A stretch of DNA of 64,000 bases from Acidimicrobiaceae bacterium (GTDB taxonomy: Bacteria; Actinomycetota; Acidimicrobiia; Acidimicrobiales; Palsa-688): contig PMWT01000073.1 in NCBI GenBank assembly GCA_003166025.1, forward strand, positions 8,657-72,656. Reading direction: 5' to 3'. Below the pieces are notes generated by a model. That model was given only the letters and a program-made list of their open reading frames with translations. It did no database searches and was not told the origin of the DNA. Positions 63,872 through 64,000 of the stretch are shown piece after piece; within the stretch, counting starts at the first letter, position 1, and every line of letters starts with the position of its first letter. The translations under genes and the position numbers were made by a program.

Positions 63872-64000
63872 GACGCGAGGTAGCGCCTCGTGCGGAGGAC
63901 GCCAAGGGTACCTGGTTCCTGGAGGCCCAGGCGGACGGAGGCAAGCGCACGGCGAGCCCGTCCACGGTGGACTAGGTGGGTCGCCATGGGGACCACAGGC

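Noticed and set aside
1-64000. Mobile elements, toxin-antitoxin pairs, restriction or other defence systems, and rRNA.
   Set aside because: No transposase, integrase, recombinase, nuclease-methylase pair or small paired ORFs with recognisable motifs were found on either strand. The NERD-like ORF at 17232-18023 is solitary and only weakly supported.

Overview
The window looks like a high-GC (roughly 65-70% by eye) chromosomal segment from an Actinomycetota-type genome. Coding density is high, and many adjacent genes have overlapping stop and start codons. All protein calls come from reading the translated ORF track for family motifs. No searches were run, so product names are family-level inferences. 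Many long ORFs in the track are antisense or alternative-frame artefacts typical of high-GC DNA. Several real genes start well inside the listed ORF, and I re-set those starts where a stop/start overlap or an RBS supports it.

Content, in order:
1. 1-22 kb, core metabolism and regulators: an ANTAR response regulator, an IdeR/DtxR repressor, polA, a GT-C-like membrane protein, the methylcitrate operon prpD-prpB-prpC, a secreted propeller-repeat CHAP hydrolase, a sucrase/ferredoxin-like protein, pyruvate carboxylase, alanine dehydrogenase, a NERD-like protein, pyruvate kinase, a fatty-acid desaturase, a GAF-ANTAR regulator and an F420-type nitroreductase-family protein.
2. 22-35.7 kb, a hopanoid locus. 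The tightly packed minus-strand operon is hpnC-hpnD-hpnE-prenyl synthase-shc-(hpnG::ispH fusion)-hpnH-SDR. A MerR+TetR dual-HTH regulator lies upstream. A DUF2079 membrane protein and a convergent GT2 lie downstream.
3. 35.7-43.3 kb: an aldehyde dehydrogenase, an XRE regulator, glgX, a large membrane protein, a Ca2+/H+ antiporter and tRNA-Cys.
4. 43.6-64 kb, an accessory-looking sugar/polyol catabolic island with many oxidoreductases. It also holds a 638-aa protein of unknown function, a mevalonate-kinase-like GHMP kinase, a cyclase-family hydrolase, RPE-like and SIS isomerases, a CUT2 ABC transporter, a GntR/FadR regulator, a DUF4038/GH140-like hydrolase and a CUT1 binding protein.

The strongest leads:
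- The SDR coupled to hpnH is a candidate for the unassigned ribosylhopane reductase.
- hpnG and ispH are fused into one ORF.
- Two pairs of near-identical promoter-operator modules share a TGGCA-TGCCA core and tie the sugar island into one regulon.
- The kinase/hydrolase/epimerase/isomerase/dehydrogenase operon matches no standard pathway that I recognise.
- Perfect 14-19 bp tandem duplications recur, both in intergenic regions and in frame within genes.

I saw no CRISPR array, transposase, integrase or rRNA.
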